The notes beneath the pieces are model-generated. The model was not told the origin of the DNA, searched no databases, and worked only from the letters and a program-made list of their open reading frames with translations. A stretch of 64,000 nucleotides of DNA, taken from assembly GCF_001194135.2 (NCBI RefSeq), contig NC_069006.1, positions 162,617 through 226,616 of the forward strand, read 5' to 3'. This stretch comes from Octopus bimaculoides. Its lineage: Eukaryota. A program made the translations under genes and the position numbers. Below are positions 12,579-25,097 of the stretch, one piece after another (position 1 is the first letter of the stretch; each line of letters begins with the position of its first letter).

Positions 12579-12796
12579 CGTAATTCCTCCGATTAAATAA
12601 TTCTGTTTCTTCATTGGCAAGAAAAACCGTTGCATGAGAGCTGTCGGACCAAAAGAGAATCGGAACTCAATGTCTTCATGGAAGTCAGCACAGAGGTTGC
12701 GACAGTCTAACCGATACATAAGCTCAAAGTCCCGGTTTGGGAACGGCAGTTTGTTTTGGATTTTCTCTTTATCTTTCAGGAGAGTGGCCATTTGCT
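12579..12796 (-). CDS. MFN2: Mitofusin coding exon 13 (EQMATLL...LCADFHEDIEFRFSFG...GGIT)
   Basis: CAG acceptor; donor ACG|GTAAAT; phase 1 to 0; LCADFxEDIEFxFS motif. Confidence 0.94.
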
Positions 12797-14762
12797 CTGT
12801 CGGACGTCAACGTGTCAGGTGTCGTGGGATAAGGAACAGCAACGGCAAAATCACAACAAGGATGACGAGGACATGTAGCAGAAAAAAAAAGAAAGATGGG
12901 GGGGGGAGAAGATGACAAGATTAAACAAGCTTTTGAGATTTCAATGTGGGAACATCAACGACAGAGGAACAAACAAGATAAAACAAATGAGGTGTGTGTG
13001 TGTGTGATTCTATCTAAATGGGTGTTGTTTTTCTGTTTAACCCTTTTTGATACCAAAATGCCTGAGACTGCTCCAGGCTCTGTGGTACAAACATCTTGTT
13101 TTCAAGAGTTCTGAATTAAAATCTTCCATTGAAACTTTGGACAGGTAAAGGCATTGGTCAGCCTGGGGCTATAGTAGAAGACACCCATTAATCCTTTAGC
13201 ATTCAGATCCCTCTCTGTCAAATATAATGCTTAATTATTCACATTATTTTGAATTAATCCTGTATTATCTCATAGCTCCGAGATTTCAATGATGTAATTG
13301 AGAGAGGCCAGAACTGGCTGGTCGGACCATTAAGATGGTTAGAATATTTGGGTTGGATATGACTGGTTTAACCCTTTAGCATTGAGATTACTCTGTCAAA
13401 TGTATTATTTATCCACCTAGTTTTAATTTAATTATGCATTATCTCATAGCTCCAAGATTTCAATGATGTAATTGCTCATTTTTTGAGAGTAACATTGTAA
13501 GTTAGATCTGACTGGTCTGATACGGCCAGTTTAAACGTTAAAGCGTTAGATTATCTCCCCTTCTAATTTACAGCTGGCACCAACTGTCACTAAGTGATTG
13601 GTCTATCCTCTCTGGCAGTAGTGAGGATTTCAATTAACCAAGAAGTTACCTTGTATGTTATTTAATATACCTTTATTTCGATATATAGTTGTTCAAATAT
13701 ATGCCACTGGCCACTCCTCTGAGTTGCTTTGCTTAACTTATTTTTGTTTTGAATATAAAGCTTAGAAGATAAGGAAGTGTATTTGTATGTAGGTGGAGCC
13801 ACATTGTAATTATCAATTTTAACAACAATCAAACAGTTAATTACACAAATAGAATAACAATATAATTACTTAACCCTTTTGATATCAACCTGCCTAAGAC
13901 CACTCCTGGTTTTACAATAGAAATCTTCCATTTTAAAGCAATTGAAATCAAAGCCTCTCATCAGTCTTTCAAAGACTAATTAACAATAACAGTTATTTTA
14001 CTAATTTCTTCATTATTTTCAAAATTAATTGAAACAAAGGCAGTGTGTTTCAACAGAAATCCGACAACAAAAGCATTAAATTGGTCAAAATTAAAATCTT
14101 CATTCAAGACTTTGAGTCAATTTAGGCTTCAAAGACCAAATTTTGTCACTAAATTTTCTTATTTTTGAAAATCAATTTAAACAAAAACATTTTGTTTCAA
14201 TAGAAATAGATTAACAAAAAAGTAAAATTTAAAACCAGATTAATTGCAATAAAAATGAGTTAAATTAATTAGAGAAGATGAAAGAAATTTAAAACAGTGG
14301 AAGCAAAATAAATCGGGCAAAATTCATAGAAAATATTAATCCAAGGAATACAAGTTTAGACATTCATCTTAAGCACAAGGTAGGGTTACGTGGTCTACTT
14401 TGCAACTACTTCATCTCAGGTTCAATCCCACTGCGTGGCAAATGTTATGTTCTATAGTCTCAAGTTGATTAATAACTTGAAGCCTTCCATATATATAAGT
14501 GCACACACACAAACATACATTTTATATATATATANNNNNNNNNNNNNNNNNNNNNNNNNNNNNNNNNNNNNNNNNNNNNNNNNNNNNNNNNNNNNNNNNN
14601 NNNNNNNNNNNNNNNNNNNNNNNNNNNNNNNNNNNNNNNNNNNNNNNNNNNNNNNNNNNNNNNNNNNNNNNNNNNNNNNNNNNNNNNNNNNNNNNNNNNN
14701 NNNNNNNNNNNNNNNNNNNNNNNNNNNNNNNNNNNNNNNNNNNNNNNNNNNNNNNNNNNNNN

Positions 14763-15617
14763 AAATTAAGCAAAAATGAAAATAACACTGTCATCTCATT
14801 TTAATGGATATATTTCCCAAAATTACATAAAAAATATCTTGAAATACTAAAGAGTAAATTTATTCAATAAAATCGTCATTGGCTTCAACTATGGTCTCTA
14901 GATGACTTTGTAATCTCTTGCAACTCTTCTGGATGGTACCCTTGTTTAAGTTGGTGAATGCTGCCATAATCCTTGCTTTCTGTTCATCTTTGGTGTTACA
15001 AGGAGTTTTGTTGGAGCCTTGCTCAACTGTGACCCACACATAATAATCAAGGGGGTTGCAGTCTGGGGAGTTAAGTGGCTAGATGTTAGGGGTGATGTGG
15101 TTGAAGAAATCGTCTGACAGCCAGGACTGGGTTCTCCTGCTTCTGTGGCATGGTGCAGAGTCCTGTTGCCAGACAAAGGGTCTTCCAGCAGCCACCTTCT
15201 TGACCCAGGGCAGCACTACCTTCTTCCAGGCCCTTGATGTAGGCCTCTGTGTTGAGTGTGAGGTCGTGTGGGGTGATGAGTGGACGCATAACGTTGCCAT
15301 CACTAGTGACCACTCCAAACACCTTTGTAATCACCATTAGACTCCTCCAACTCTTACCAAATCCTCTGAACTCTCCCCAGACTGACACCCAAATACTCTG
15401 AAATGTTCATATTGGAGCTTCTGGCACGAATGCCAAACAGTATAGCATGTCATTTCCAAATTTCTGGCAGAGCGAATTATATCATGGTGCTGGTTTTCTC
15501 ACAGACAGTGCCCAACTGACCCTACCATACTGTGTAGTCGACAAAATCAAAAACAATGCGCATGCGCAAAATTAAAAGTATAAAATGGGGACAATTTACC
15601 CAACCCATCACACACTG
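14763..15617 (-). mobile_element. Tc1/mariner maT (DD37D) transposon remnant
   Basis: WQQDSAPCH...SPDCNPLDYYVW with 37 residues between the second and third catalytic Asp; an in-frame TAG replaces a probable Trp; TA-CAGTG terminus at 15617-15619; the other end runs into a gap. Confidence 0.85.
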
Positions 15618-16259
15618 TATATATACATATATAAATACATATACCATCATCATTGTTTAACGTCCCTCTTTNNNNNNNNNNNNNNNNNNNNNNNNNNNNN
15701 NNNNNNNNNNNNNNNNNNNNNNNNNNNNNNNNNNNNNNNNNNNNNNNNNNNNNNNNNNNNNNNNNNNNNNNNNNNNNNNNNNNNNNNNNNNNNNNNNNNN
15801 NNNNNNNNNNNNNNNNNNNNNNNNNNNNNNNNNNNNNNNNNNNNNNNNNNNNNNNNNNNNNNNNNNNNNNNNNNNNNNNNNNNNNNNNNNNNNNNNNNNN
15901 NNNNNNNNNNNNNNNNNNNNNNNNNNNNNNNNNNNNNNNNNNNNNNNNNNNNNNNNNNNNNNNNNNNNNNNNNNNNNNNNNNNNNNNNNNNNNNNNGTCA
16001 CTAACATCTAACATTGAAGTTGTTGTTGTTTTAGTTGTAGAATTGTACCAAGAACTGCTGTCTGCTTTGGCACCGTTTCTATGGCTGGGATGCCCTTTCT
16101 AATGCCAATCACTTTACAGGATGTACTGGGTACCCCCCCCCATTTTTTTTTTTACGTACCACCACAAGTAGCAGTGAGGTTCCCATGTAACTTACAAGAC
16201 AAAACCCCCTCAATTGAGCAGGGGAGTAATATCAGGGATTAGAAGAGAAACATAGATGC

Positions 16260-16301
<42 letters not shown>

Positions 16302-16304
16302 TAA

Positions 16305-16522
16305 CCCTTTTGATACCAATCCAGCTGAAACCACCCCTGGCCCTGCAGAACAAATGTCTTGTTTTCACAAGTTTTGAATTAAAATATTCCACCAAACCTT
16401 AGTCACAATTTATGTTCGTAACACTAGCTTAATGATAACGAAGTTACTTTACTAAATTCTTATATTTAAAATTAATTAAAAGAAGCACAGAACATCTCAA
16501 CAGAAATATGGTAACGAAAGGG
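16305..16522. mobile_element. piggyBac-like MITE (same family as 8332-8544, opposite orientation)
   Basis: TTAA|CCCTTTTGATACCAA...TGGTAACGAAAGGG|TTAA. Partial copies near 7507, 13038-14080 and 42412. Confidence 0.8.
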
Positions 16523-17312
16523 TTAATAAACATGTACTAAAAAGAATTGAGTGATTCTTCAGTTTAACATTAAATTGTTTTTATAAATAATTTTACCAGG
16601 TTCCAGTCTGATTTGGTACGTCCAGCCATAGTGACCAAACCAAATCAGACTGGAACCTGGTGCAGCTCTCCAACTTATCAGCTCCAGTCAAACCTTCTAA
16701 CCCATGCCAGCATGGAGAATGGATGGTAAATGATGATGATGATCACACACACACAAGTTTCTTTCTGTTCCCATCTACCAAATCCATTAACAAGGCTCTG
16801 GTCACCTTGCCCAAGATGCCACACAGTGGGATTGAACCTAAGACCACAGTGTTAGGAAGCAAGCTTCTGAACCAGACAGCCATGCCTGCGTCTATAGATC
16901 AAACATAATAAAGCAACATAAAAAAAAAAGAGAGAGAAAGAGAAGGAAAGAAAACATTAAAGCAAACAAATTTTCTTTTAGGGTTTCAAATCAGTGCCCT
17001 TCTCATCACCNNNNNNNNNNNNNNNNNNNNNNNNNNNNNNNNNNNNNNNNNNNNNNNNNNNNNNNNNNNNNNNNNNNNNNNNNNNNNNNNNNNNNNNNNN
17101 NNNNNNNNNNNNNNNNNNNNNNNNNNNNNNNNNNNNNNNNNNNNNNNNNNNNNNNNNNNNNNNNNNNNNNNNNNNNNNNNNNNNNNNNNNNNNNNNNNNN
17201 NNNNNNNNNNNNNNNNNNNNNNNNNNAAGGAGGTAAGAAGAGTTTTAGTAGAGAGTAGACAGAGTGTTGATGAGGTGAGGGGGAAGAGGCTGGCTTTTGT
17301 TTTTGTTTTTAC

Positions 17313-17415
17313 CTGTGATTTTCTGTCGTGTTTCTACCACTGGTTTGCTCAACACACGAGAGCAACGTCCATGCATGTTGCGGCCCAGCATCTCCTCGAC
17401 GTATGAATACAACTC
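17313..17415 (-). CDS. MFN2: Mitofusin coding exon 12 (ELYSYVEEMLGRNMHGRCSRVLSKPVVETRQKIT); not in the ORF track
   Basis: Translated by hand; TTTTAG acceptor; donor G|GTAAAA; phase 0 to 1. Confidence 0.93.
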
Positions 17416-18414
17416 CTAAAAGGGGGGGAGCAGTGACAGAAACAAAGATTCACGTTACATTCTTGATGTTGATGTTGTTGAAGTTATTGTTGTTGAGAAG
17501 TCCTGCACTGTTGTTGTTGTTGTTGTTGTTCTAAGTGTTTAGCCCTGGGTTAGATTTGGTCGAGCAAACCCCAAAATGCTTCTGACGCTCAAACCAGATC
17601 AAAAATGTTCAGACCAGCACTGACTGTACCGTTTTTTGATTTAGACATAGTCTATCTAAGACTACACTATCTAATGCGTCCTCTCTTGTTCAAGCCCTGA
17701 TCCAGAAGACCTATAATCAAAGGTGTTCCAGTCATGACCATCCCATCATTTATTTAGACATTGTGTATCTTGGACTACATTATCAAATGTATCCTTCCCT
17801 GTAATTAGTCAGTCCTGTGATCAAAGTTGCTCTAACCATGACCGTCCCACCTTTTACATATAAATATAGCAAGGACCATACAGCATCCAATGTGTCCATC
17901 TCCTTATGGTTATTTAGTTCCAGGTCAGCTTTGATACAGCAAAGCTATGATCAAAGACGCTCCAACCATGACTATCACATCTTATCCAAAGCATGTTTAC
18001 TTTTTTTTTTTTTTTTTACGACAGAAAGACAGGGTTTAAGAGAGAGATTTGACTGCTATTTCTAGCAGACCATGCAACAACATAAAGATCCCCTCTCTCA
18101 TCACACACATTGGCTTGATTAACATATCTGAACCTGTGAAATGGATGAACCCCACTTTGGGTCCCTCACCATGAAAATATAGCAGTCACTCTACCACAGC
18201 TTTGTCAGTAGATTTGGTAGACGGAAACTGAAAGAAGCCCTTTTGTATGTGTGTGTGTGTGTTACTGTCTGCTTGCTTTGACATTGCTTGATGACTGTAA
18301 ACGAGTGTCACTGTTGTGCAGGTGGTATCCTTCATGTCCAATCTTCTGTGAAAAGCATTTCTAACATAAGTTATTTACATTTGACGGATATTTGTCCTCA
18401 TCTTGTTTGTTGTT

Positions 18415-18460
18415 AACACAACGTTTCGGCTGATATACCCTCCAGCCTTCTTCAGGTGTC
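18415..18460 (-). ncRNA. Minimal type I hammerhead ribozyme
   Basis: GACAC-CTGAAGA-A-GGCTG-GAGGGTATAT-CAGCC-GAAA-CG-TT-GTGTT. Stem I GACAC/GTGTT, stem II GGCTG/CAGCC, loopless palindromic stem III ACGT. Confidence 0.8.
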
Positions 18461-18612
18461 TTGGGGGAAATTTCGAACCTGGGTTCTCATTCCTAAGGTA
18501 TATTTCGATGTTGTTATTATTATTATTATTATTATTCAGGTCACTGCCTGGAATCGAACTCAGAATCTTGGGGTTAGTAGTCTGTACTCTTAACCACAAC
18601 ACCACAGGCACA

Positions 18613-18670
18613 TGGTGTAGTGGTTAAGAGCACAGGTTGCTAACCCCAAGATTCTGAGTTCGATTCCAAG
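18613..18670 (+). promoter_or_regulatory. tRNA-like Pol III internal promoter (A box TGGTGTAGTGG, B box GAGTTCGATTCC)
   Basis: Box consensus matches and spacing; mirrored in the left arm and at 789-844 (minus strand). Confidence 0.75.
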
Positions 18671-18749
18671 CAGTGACCTGAACAATAATAATAATAATAA
18701 CATTGAAAAATACCTTAGGAATGAGAACCCAGGTTCGAAATTTCCCCAA

Positions 18750-18795
18750 GACGTCTGATGAAGGCTGGAGGGTCTATCAGCCGAAACGTTGTGTT
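18750..18795 (+). ncRNA. Minimal type I hammerhead ribozyme
   Basis: GACGT-CTGATGA-A-GGCTG-GAGGGTCTAT-CAGCC-GAAA-CG-TT-GTGTT; stem I is retained through G-U wobbles. Confidence 0.78.
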
Positions 18796-21700
18796 AACAA
18801 ACAAGAGGAGGACAAATATCCGTCAATTGTAAATAATGTACATAATTCCTCATCTCTTAAATATAGAACTGCATTTCTAACATGTCTAGTCAAGGAAAAA
18901 TATTACCTTGCTTGGGAAACAACTGAGGGTTGGTGACAGGAAGGGCATCCCAGTCATACTCTGTCTGACCCATGCGAGCATGGAAAAGTGGATGTTAAAC
19001 TAATTATATACTGGCACTCTGTTGGTAATGATAAGCCCACTCGTGTAATTAACGTGAAAGTGGCCAAGCACTCCACAGACACGCGTACACTTAATGTAGT
19101 TCTCAGGGAGATTTCAGTGTGACAAGACTGGCCCTCTTGAAATACAGGTGACAACTTGTTTTTGCCAGCTGAGGGGAGTGGAGCAATGTGAAATAAAGTG
19201 ACTTTCTCAAGGACACACTCAAATCACATCACCACCCCACTGTCTTGAAAAGGAAAGCAATAGAACTGGACAAGGTAGCCCTGGTTTGCTAGTGGTCAAG
19301 ATGGCCAGAGTTAGAAGGTCTTTGATCATTGGTCTGCTTAAGTTAGACCTGACCTCAAGAAGAGCAGGGGCAAACAGCAGCAGCCCCCCACCACCACATG
19401 TAAGGGCCTAAAGTCACTAAGTATGTATTATTCGATAGCCTGTTCCTTTGTTATTGTCATCTCTCAAAGAAATGATTTATAAAAGAAAAATAAATAATAA
19501 AAATTAGGAAAAATAAAGCATTAAAAAAAAGTGCAACAGCAACAGCAACAACAACAACAGCAACAACAACAACAACAGCAACATCATGCAATGTTGAATT
19601 ATTTTCAAATTAAACAATCCTGCTTCAAAATAACAAAATAATATAAATAATTAAAATAATTAAAATAAAATAAAGACCAGAACAACAGCAACAACAAGAA
19701 CTGGTATGTGTACCTAAGTGCACAGGCGCCGGGGATGGCGGGGGGGGCAATAAACAGCAAACAAACAAATAAAAAAGATGTAGATAAAACANNNNNNNNN
19801 NAGTGTGCCATGAACAAACCTTTGACCTCTCTCCTCTTTTCTCCCTCATAAATGGTTACCACTGAATAAGACCACTGCCACCAGATGTCTCTGACATATA
19901 AAGGTCAAGTCAGGTCAAGTTGGGGTCAAGTAGAGGCAAGTCTGCTTTCAAATTTTAGTGCATTTAGTCAGGGATGAGATGGGTTTTGTGTATATGGATG
20001 AGTGTGTGTGTGTATTTAATGTTGCCTTTTATTCTTTTACTTGTTTCCATCATTTTGACTGAGGCCATGTTGGAGCACCTTTTAGTTGAAAAAATAAACC
20101 CAACGACTTATTCTTTGTCTCTATCAGTCTCTTAGGATGAACCACTAAGTTACAGGGACATAAACAAACCAGCACAGACATACAAACACACACACACACA
20201 TATATATATGTATGTATGATAGGCTTCTTTCAGTTTCCGTCTACCAAATCCACTCACAAGGCTTTGGTGAGCCTGGAGTTATAGTAGAAGACACTCACCC
20301 AAGGTGTCACACAGTGTGATTGAACCTGGAACCATGTGATTGGGAAGCAAGCTTCTTACCACACAGCCACACCTGCNNNNNNNNNNAATGTGTATATGTC
20401 TTTAAAATGTGTGTTTCATGTAAGTGTATTTAAAATGTTTTTAAAGTGATTTTCAGTATAAGTAATGTGCATATTCTTTTAGTCTTTTACTTGGCCATGC
20501 TAGAGCACCGCCTTAAAGAGTTTTAGTTGAAGAAATCGATCCCAGGACTTACTCTGTTTTTTTTTTAGTGAGGTGCTTATCCTATCGGTCTCTTTTGCCG
20601 AACTGCTAAATTACAGGGACATAAACACGCCAACATAAATACACACACACATATATAAAGGGCTTCTTTCAGTTTCTGTCTACCAAATCCACTCACAAGG
20701 GATTTTGTCACCCAAAGTCAGAAGGGAAAAAGGGAAAAGGGGATGTTAAACCAAGCGACAAATTATGTCAAGGAACATTGGTTGGCAGTGGTGATAAAAG
20801 TGGCAGGGTGCCAGAGGCATGCGTGTGTGCGCATGTGCATGGGTGCTGCACCAGAGAGCAGTCCAGGTGAGGGGTCGGAGGTCGGTTGCTTACCTGTCAT
20901 ATACAAATCCATGTTGCCCATCCCTCGAAAGACAGATGCTGTGCAACGGCCAACCATGTTTCGGCAAAGGGTTGACTCAAGATGGCTGTGAAGGTCCTGG
21001 ACAGTGGCAATAGTAGGAGTAGTAGTAGTAGTAGTAGTAGTAGTATTGGTGGGAGAGAATAATTGGTTGAGTTATAGAAGACATCAGAGAAACAGAAAAT
21101 AGGAGAGGAAGAGAGAAAGAAAGAGAGAGAAGAGTGAATGAGAGGACAATGAGAGAGAGAGAGATGTTATTCTTTTTTTGCTTTTGTTTCAGTCACTGGA
21201 CTGTGGCTGTGCGGGAAAACCCACCTTGAAGGGCTCAGTCAAACAAACTGGCCTCAGCACTTCTTTCAGTGCCTTCTGCTGAACCTCAAAGTTACAAGGA
21301 CATAAGCAACAAACACTGGTAGTCAAGTGATGAGTGGGTGGACAAGCAAACACACACACACACACACACATATATATATGTGTCGAGCTTCCACACAGTT
21401 TCTGTCTATGAAATTCACTTACAATGAATTGGTTGGCCCGGGGCTATAATAGAAGACACTTGCCCAAGGTGTCATGCAGTGGGACTGAACCTGAAACCAC
21501 ATGGTTTGCAAACTAGGCTTCTTAGCCACAAAGCCATGTCTAAGCCTGTACATTATATATATATATATATATATATANNNNNNNNNNNNNNNNNNNNNNN
21601 NNNNNNNNNNNNNNNNNNNNNNNNNNNNNNNNNNNNNNNNNNNNNNNNNNNNNNNNNNNNNNNNNNNNNNNNNNNNNNNNNNNNNNNNNNNNNNNNNNNN

Positions 21701-21812
21701 NNNNNNNNNNNNNNNNNNNNNNNNNNNNNNNNNNNNNNNNNNNNNNNNNNNNNNNNNNNNNNNNNNGAACAGGTGCCCCCAGGGCTCGTATATCTGTGGA
21801 TTCCTATCTATC

Positions 21813-21863
<51 letters not shown>

Positions 21864-22748
21864 TATTAGAGAGTAAAAGTAGAAAAAATTATATCATAAA
21901 AATTAACAGTAGAGATAAGTCCATAATATAAACAATATTAATAAATAAATATATAAAGTATAGCTATGATCATTTAAAAAGATTTGAGAGATCTTACGAT
22001 CGTTCCATGAATATACTAAGCTTTCGAAATGAAATCCAAACTTGATAACCATTCTTAGGAAGTATATCCACTCATCAGAGAAAAGGATGAATTTCAGTGG
22101 AGTCAATTGAATGATAGAAAGGCTATTTAAAATCTTATAATAAAGGTGTTGTTTGTTTATATTGTGGACGTATATCTTCTGTGATTTTTTTTTATGTAGC
22201 TTTTTCTATTTTTACTCTCTAATATATAATCGCTCTAATTGAATCTCTAAATACCTTTTTAAGGTTTTAGACATTTCTCATATCAAGAGCACATATCTGA
22301 AACCTAGTACCCTTTATTTTCAAAGACATATTTGATTAACTCTCTCTCATATATATATATATATATATTGACATTGATAAAACTATCAGGATTGTTAGAA
22401 TGCTTAGCAACATTTCTTCTGAATTTACATTCTGAGTTCAAATGTAGTTGGGGGTTGACTTTGCCTTTCCTCCCTCTGAGGTTGATAAAATAAGTATCAA
22501 CCAAATGCCGAGGGTTGATGAATTGACTTGCACCCCACCATGAAAATTATTGACCCTGTGTCAAAATCTGAAGCCAGTATATACATATATATGTATATTC
22601 ATTTATTCTTTTACTTGTTTCAGTGCTGGAGCACTGCCTTTAGTCGAACAAACTGACCCCAGGACTTATTTTCTGTAAGCCTAGTACTTATTCTATCAGT
22701 CTCTTTTGCTGGAGTTACAGGGATGTAAACACACAAATATATACACAC

Positions 22749-22803
<55 letters not shown>

Positions 22804-22960
22804 TGTGACGGGCTTCTTTCAGTTTCCATCTACCAATTCCACTCACAAGGCCTTGGTTGGCCTCAGGCTGTAGTGAAAGACATTTGCTCTAGGTGCCATA
22901 CAGTGGAACTGAACGAAGAACCATGTGGTTGGGAAACTAGCTTCTAACCACACAGCCATG

Positions 22961-23029
<69 letters not shown>

Positions 23030-23722
23030 ATTATTGATGGATAAGGCTCAAAGGCTGTATAGAAGGAGTACCCTTTGTTGAGTGATGTGCCTTAAGCAAC
23101 TTTTTCTCAAGGACTGGCCGTCACACTCTCACACTCCAAGGTGATCAGTCATGTTCAGGAAAAGATCTGAGCCGGATTTTGTAGCCAGACCAACCCAGCT
23201 AAAACCTGTTCTCACCGATCTGGACACATCTAAGGGTATACCTTGAAAAAATAGCCAAAGTCTCCAGCAACACAACAAGCAAATGAAGACCTTTGATTTT
23301 AATGGCTGAAATGGTATAAGAGGGCAATTCCAGATGGCCTGGCCACAAGTGTGCAGATCAAGCAACACCTGGGTTGACGCCAGTTTTGCTGATTGATTTT
23401 GTGCATCACATTTAAGTTGTGCTGCAGAGGATGTCTTTGAGACCAGAGTGTGTGGATCACTTCCTGGAGAGACTGGATCCAACCTAATCAAAACCATGTC
23501 ATTGGTATTACTTCATTGATCTGCTCTCATCGAAATATAGTGAAGAAAGGAAACAGAGATGAGGAGAAGGAGCCGATGAAAGAGTGATACTGAGAGAGAG
23601 GGGCAGACAGACTATCGGATGGATACATGGGTAGATGGACAAACAGACAGACTGATAGATTGAAGAAGAAAGAGATTTGTGAAAAGATGAACAGACATAA
23701 GTAGACAGTATGCATCACTTAC

Positions 23723-23827
23723 TTTCTTGTAGATATTCAACATGAGCATATCTGGATGGAAAGGTCGATCAAACTCATCAACCACAATAGAAAGCCGATG
23801 AATTTCTTCGTTAAGTGCACTGCCCAC
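23723..23827 (-). CDS. MFN2: Mitofusin coding exon 11 (VGSALNEEIHRLSIVVDEF...IYKK)
   Basis: AAG acceptor; donor AAA|GTAAGT; phase 0 to 0. Confidence 0.95.
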
Positions 23828-24149
23828 CTTTATTGGCAGATGGAAGAGAAAAGAAAAAATGCAATTAGTCATTAATATCAAGTCAGTCATAAATGCTTAA
23901 TGAATTACAACAGATTTGGGAAAAGACATAAGCGTACATTTATGGTTGCTGCAAACGGGAGAGTTGAGGGGGTTGATTTGGTGGGGGTCATTTGATTATT
24001 GTTTAGTTGAAAACCTCTCATATCCAGCCCCACTGGAGATGTCTTGGCATTGCACACTTATTTGGCATCAGACGATTTAATGTTTCTCTCCCTCTCTCCA
24101 CCTTCTCACTCCTTATCTGTCTCTCTCTCTCTCTTTTATGTGTATGAGC

Positions 24150-24218
<69 letters not shown>

Positions 24219-25097
24219 GCAAAGCGGGTGAGTTCCTTTTCAGCAGTGTGCCTCACAGAAGCAAAGTGGCTGATTTCATTTCCAGTGTTGGGCCCCATGG
24301 AGGCAAAGTGGCCAAGTTCCTTTCGAGTGTTGGGCCTCACAGAGGCACCGACCGAGACCTTTGGCATTATGTCATGCTTGAGAAGAAGACCCACCAAGCA
24401 GTTGGGGCAGATACCAATGTCACATGAATAGGTATCTGTGCTGGTGGCATGTAAAAGCACCCATTGGTCTGCCTGAGTGGTTGGCATTAGGAAGGGCATC
24501 CAGCCATAGAAAACCATGCCAAATGAGACTGGAGTCTGGTGCAACTCATACCAGCATAGACAACAGATGATGATGATATATATATATGCATAGATACACA
24601 CACAGATGGGCTTCATCACAGTTTCTGCCTACCAATTCCATTTGTAAGCTTTTGGCCAGCCAACACTATAGTAGAAGACACTTGCCCAAGGTACCACATA
24701 GTGGGACTGAACCTGGAACCATGTGGTTGGAAAGCCATGCCTGCACCTATTCCTATCTCCAGTGTTATCACCTCCTCCTGTGCATTCCTATTCTCCTTAC
24801 ATTTCTCCTCTAACCATAACTCACCACTGCCCACGCCTTCATTCACACTCCTGCAAACCTTCTTACTCACTCGGCCATCCTCAATTCTCTCTCTCTCTTT
24901 CTCTCCATCACAGAGTCAACTTCCCAGCGTCTGCTGCAACTCATTCACAGCTGAGTGGACTGGGGCAACATGAAGGGTTTTACTCAAGATCCCCATGGTA
25001 ACACTTGATTTGGGAATTGAAACTTTGATCTGATGATTGCAACTACAACATCCTAACTGCCGGACCTCACTCCTTTACATAACGGTTGTGTGTACAT

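Larger units (their letters stand above)
18368..18870. mobile_element. Head-to-head fold-back insertion of the tRNA-head plus hammerhead unit, with 13 bp TSD
   Basis: Arms 18371-18604 and 18613-18836, then a ~34 nt tail. GCATTTCTAACAT occurs at 18355-18367 and 18871-18883. The insertion interrupts an older SINE. Confidence 0.92.

Noticed and set aside
18606-18680. tRNA gene call for the A/B-box head (also SINE heads such as 28650-28726)
   Set aside because: I could not fold a complete cloverleaf with a paired acceptor stem, and the heads are fused to repeat bodies, so they are tRNA-derived promoters rather than tRNA genes.
23041-23500. Unique-looking segment with a 122-aa minus-strand ORF
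   Set aside because: No recognisable motif or splice support. It may be a decayed retroelement, but I cannot support a call.
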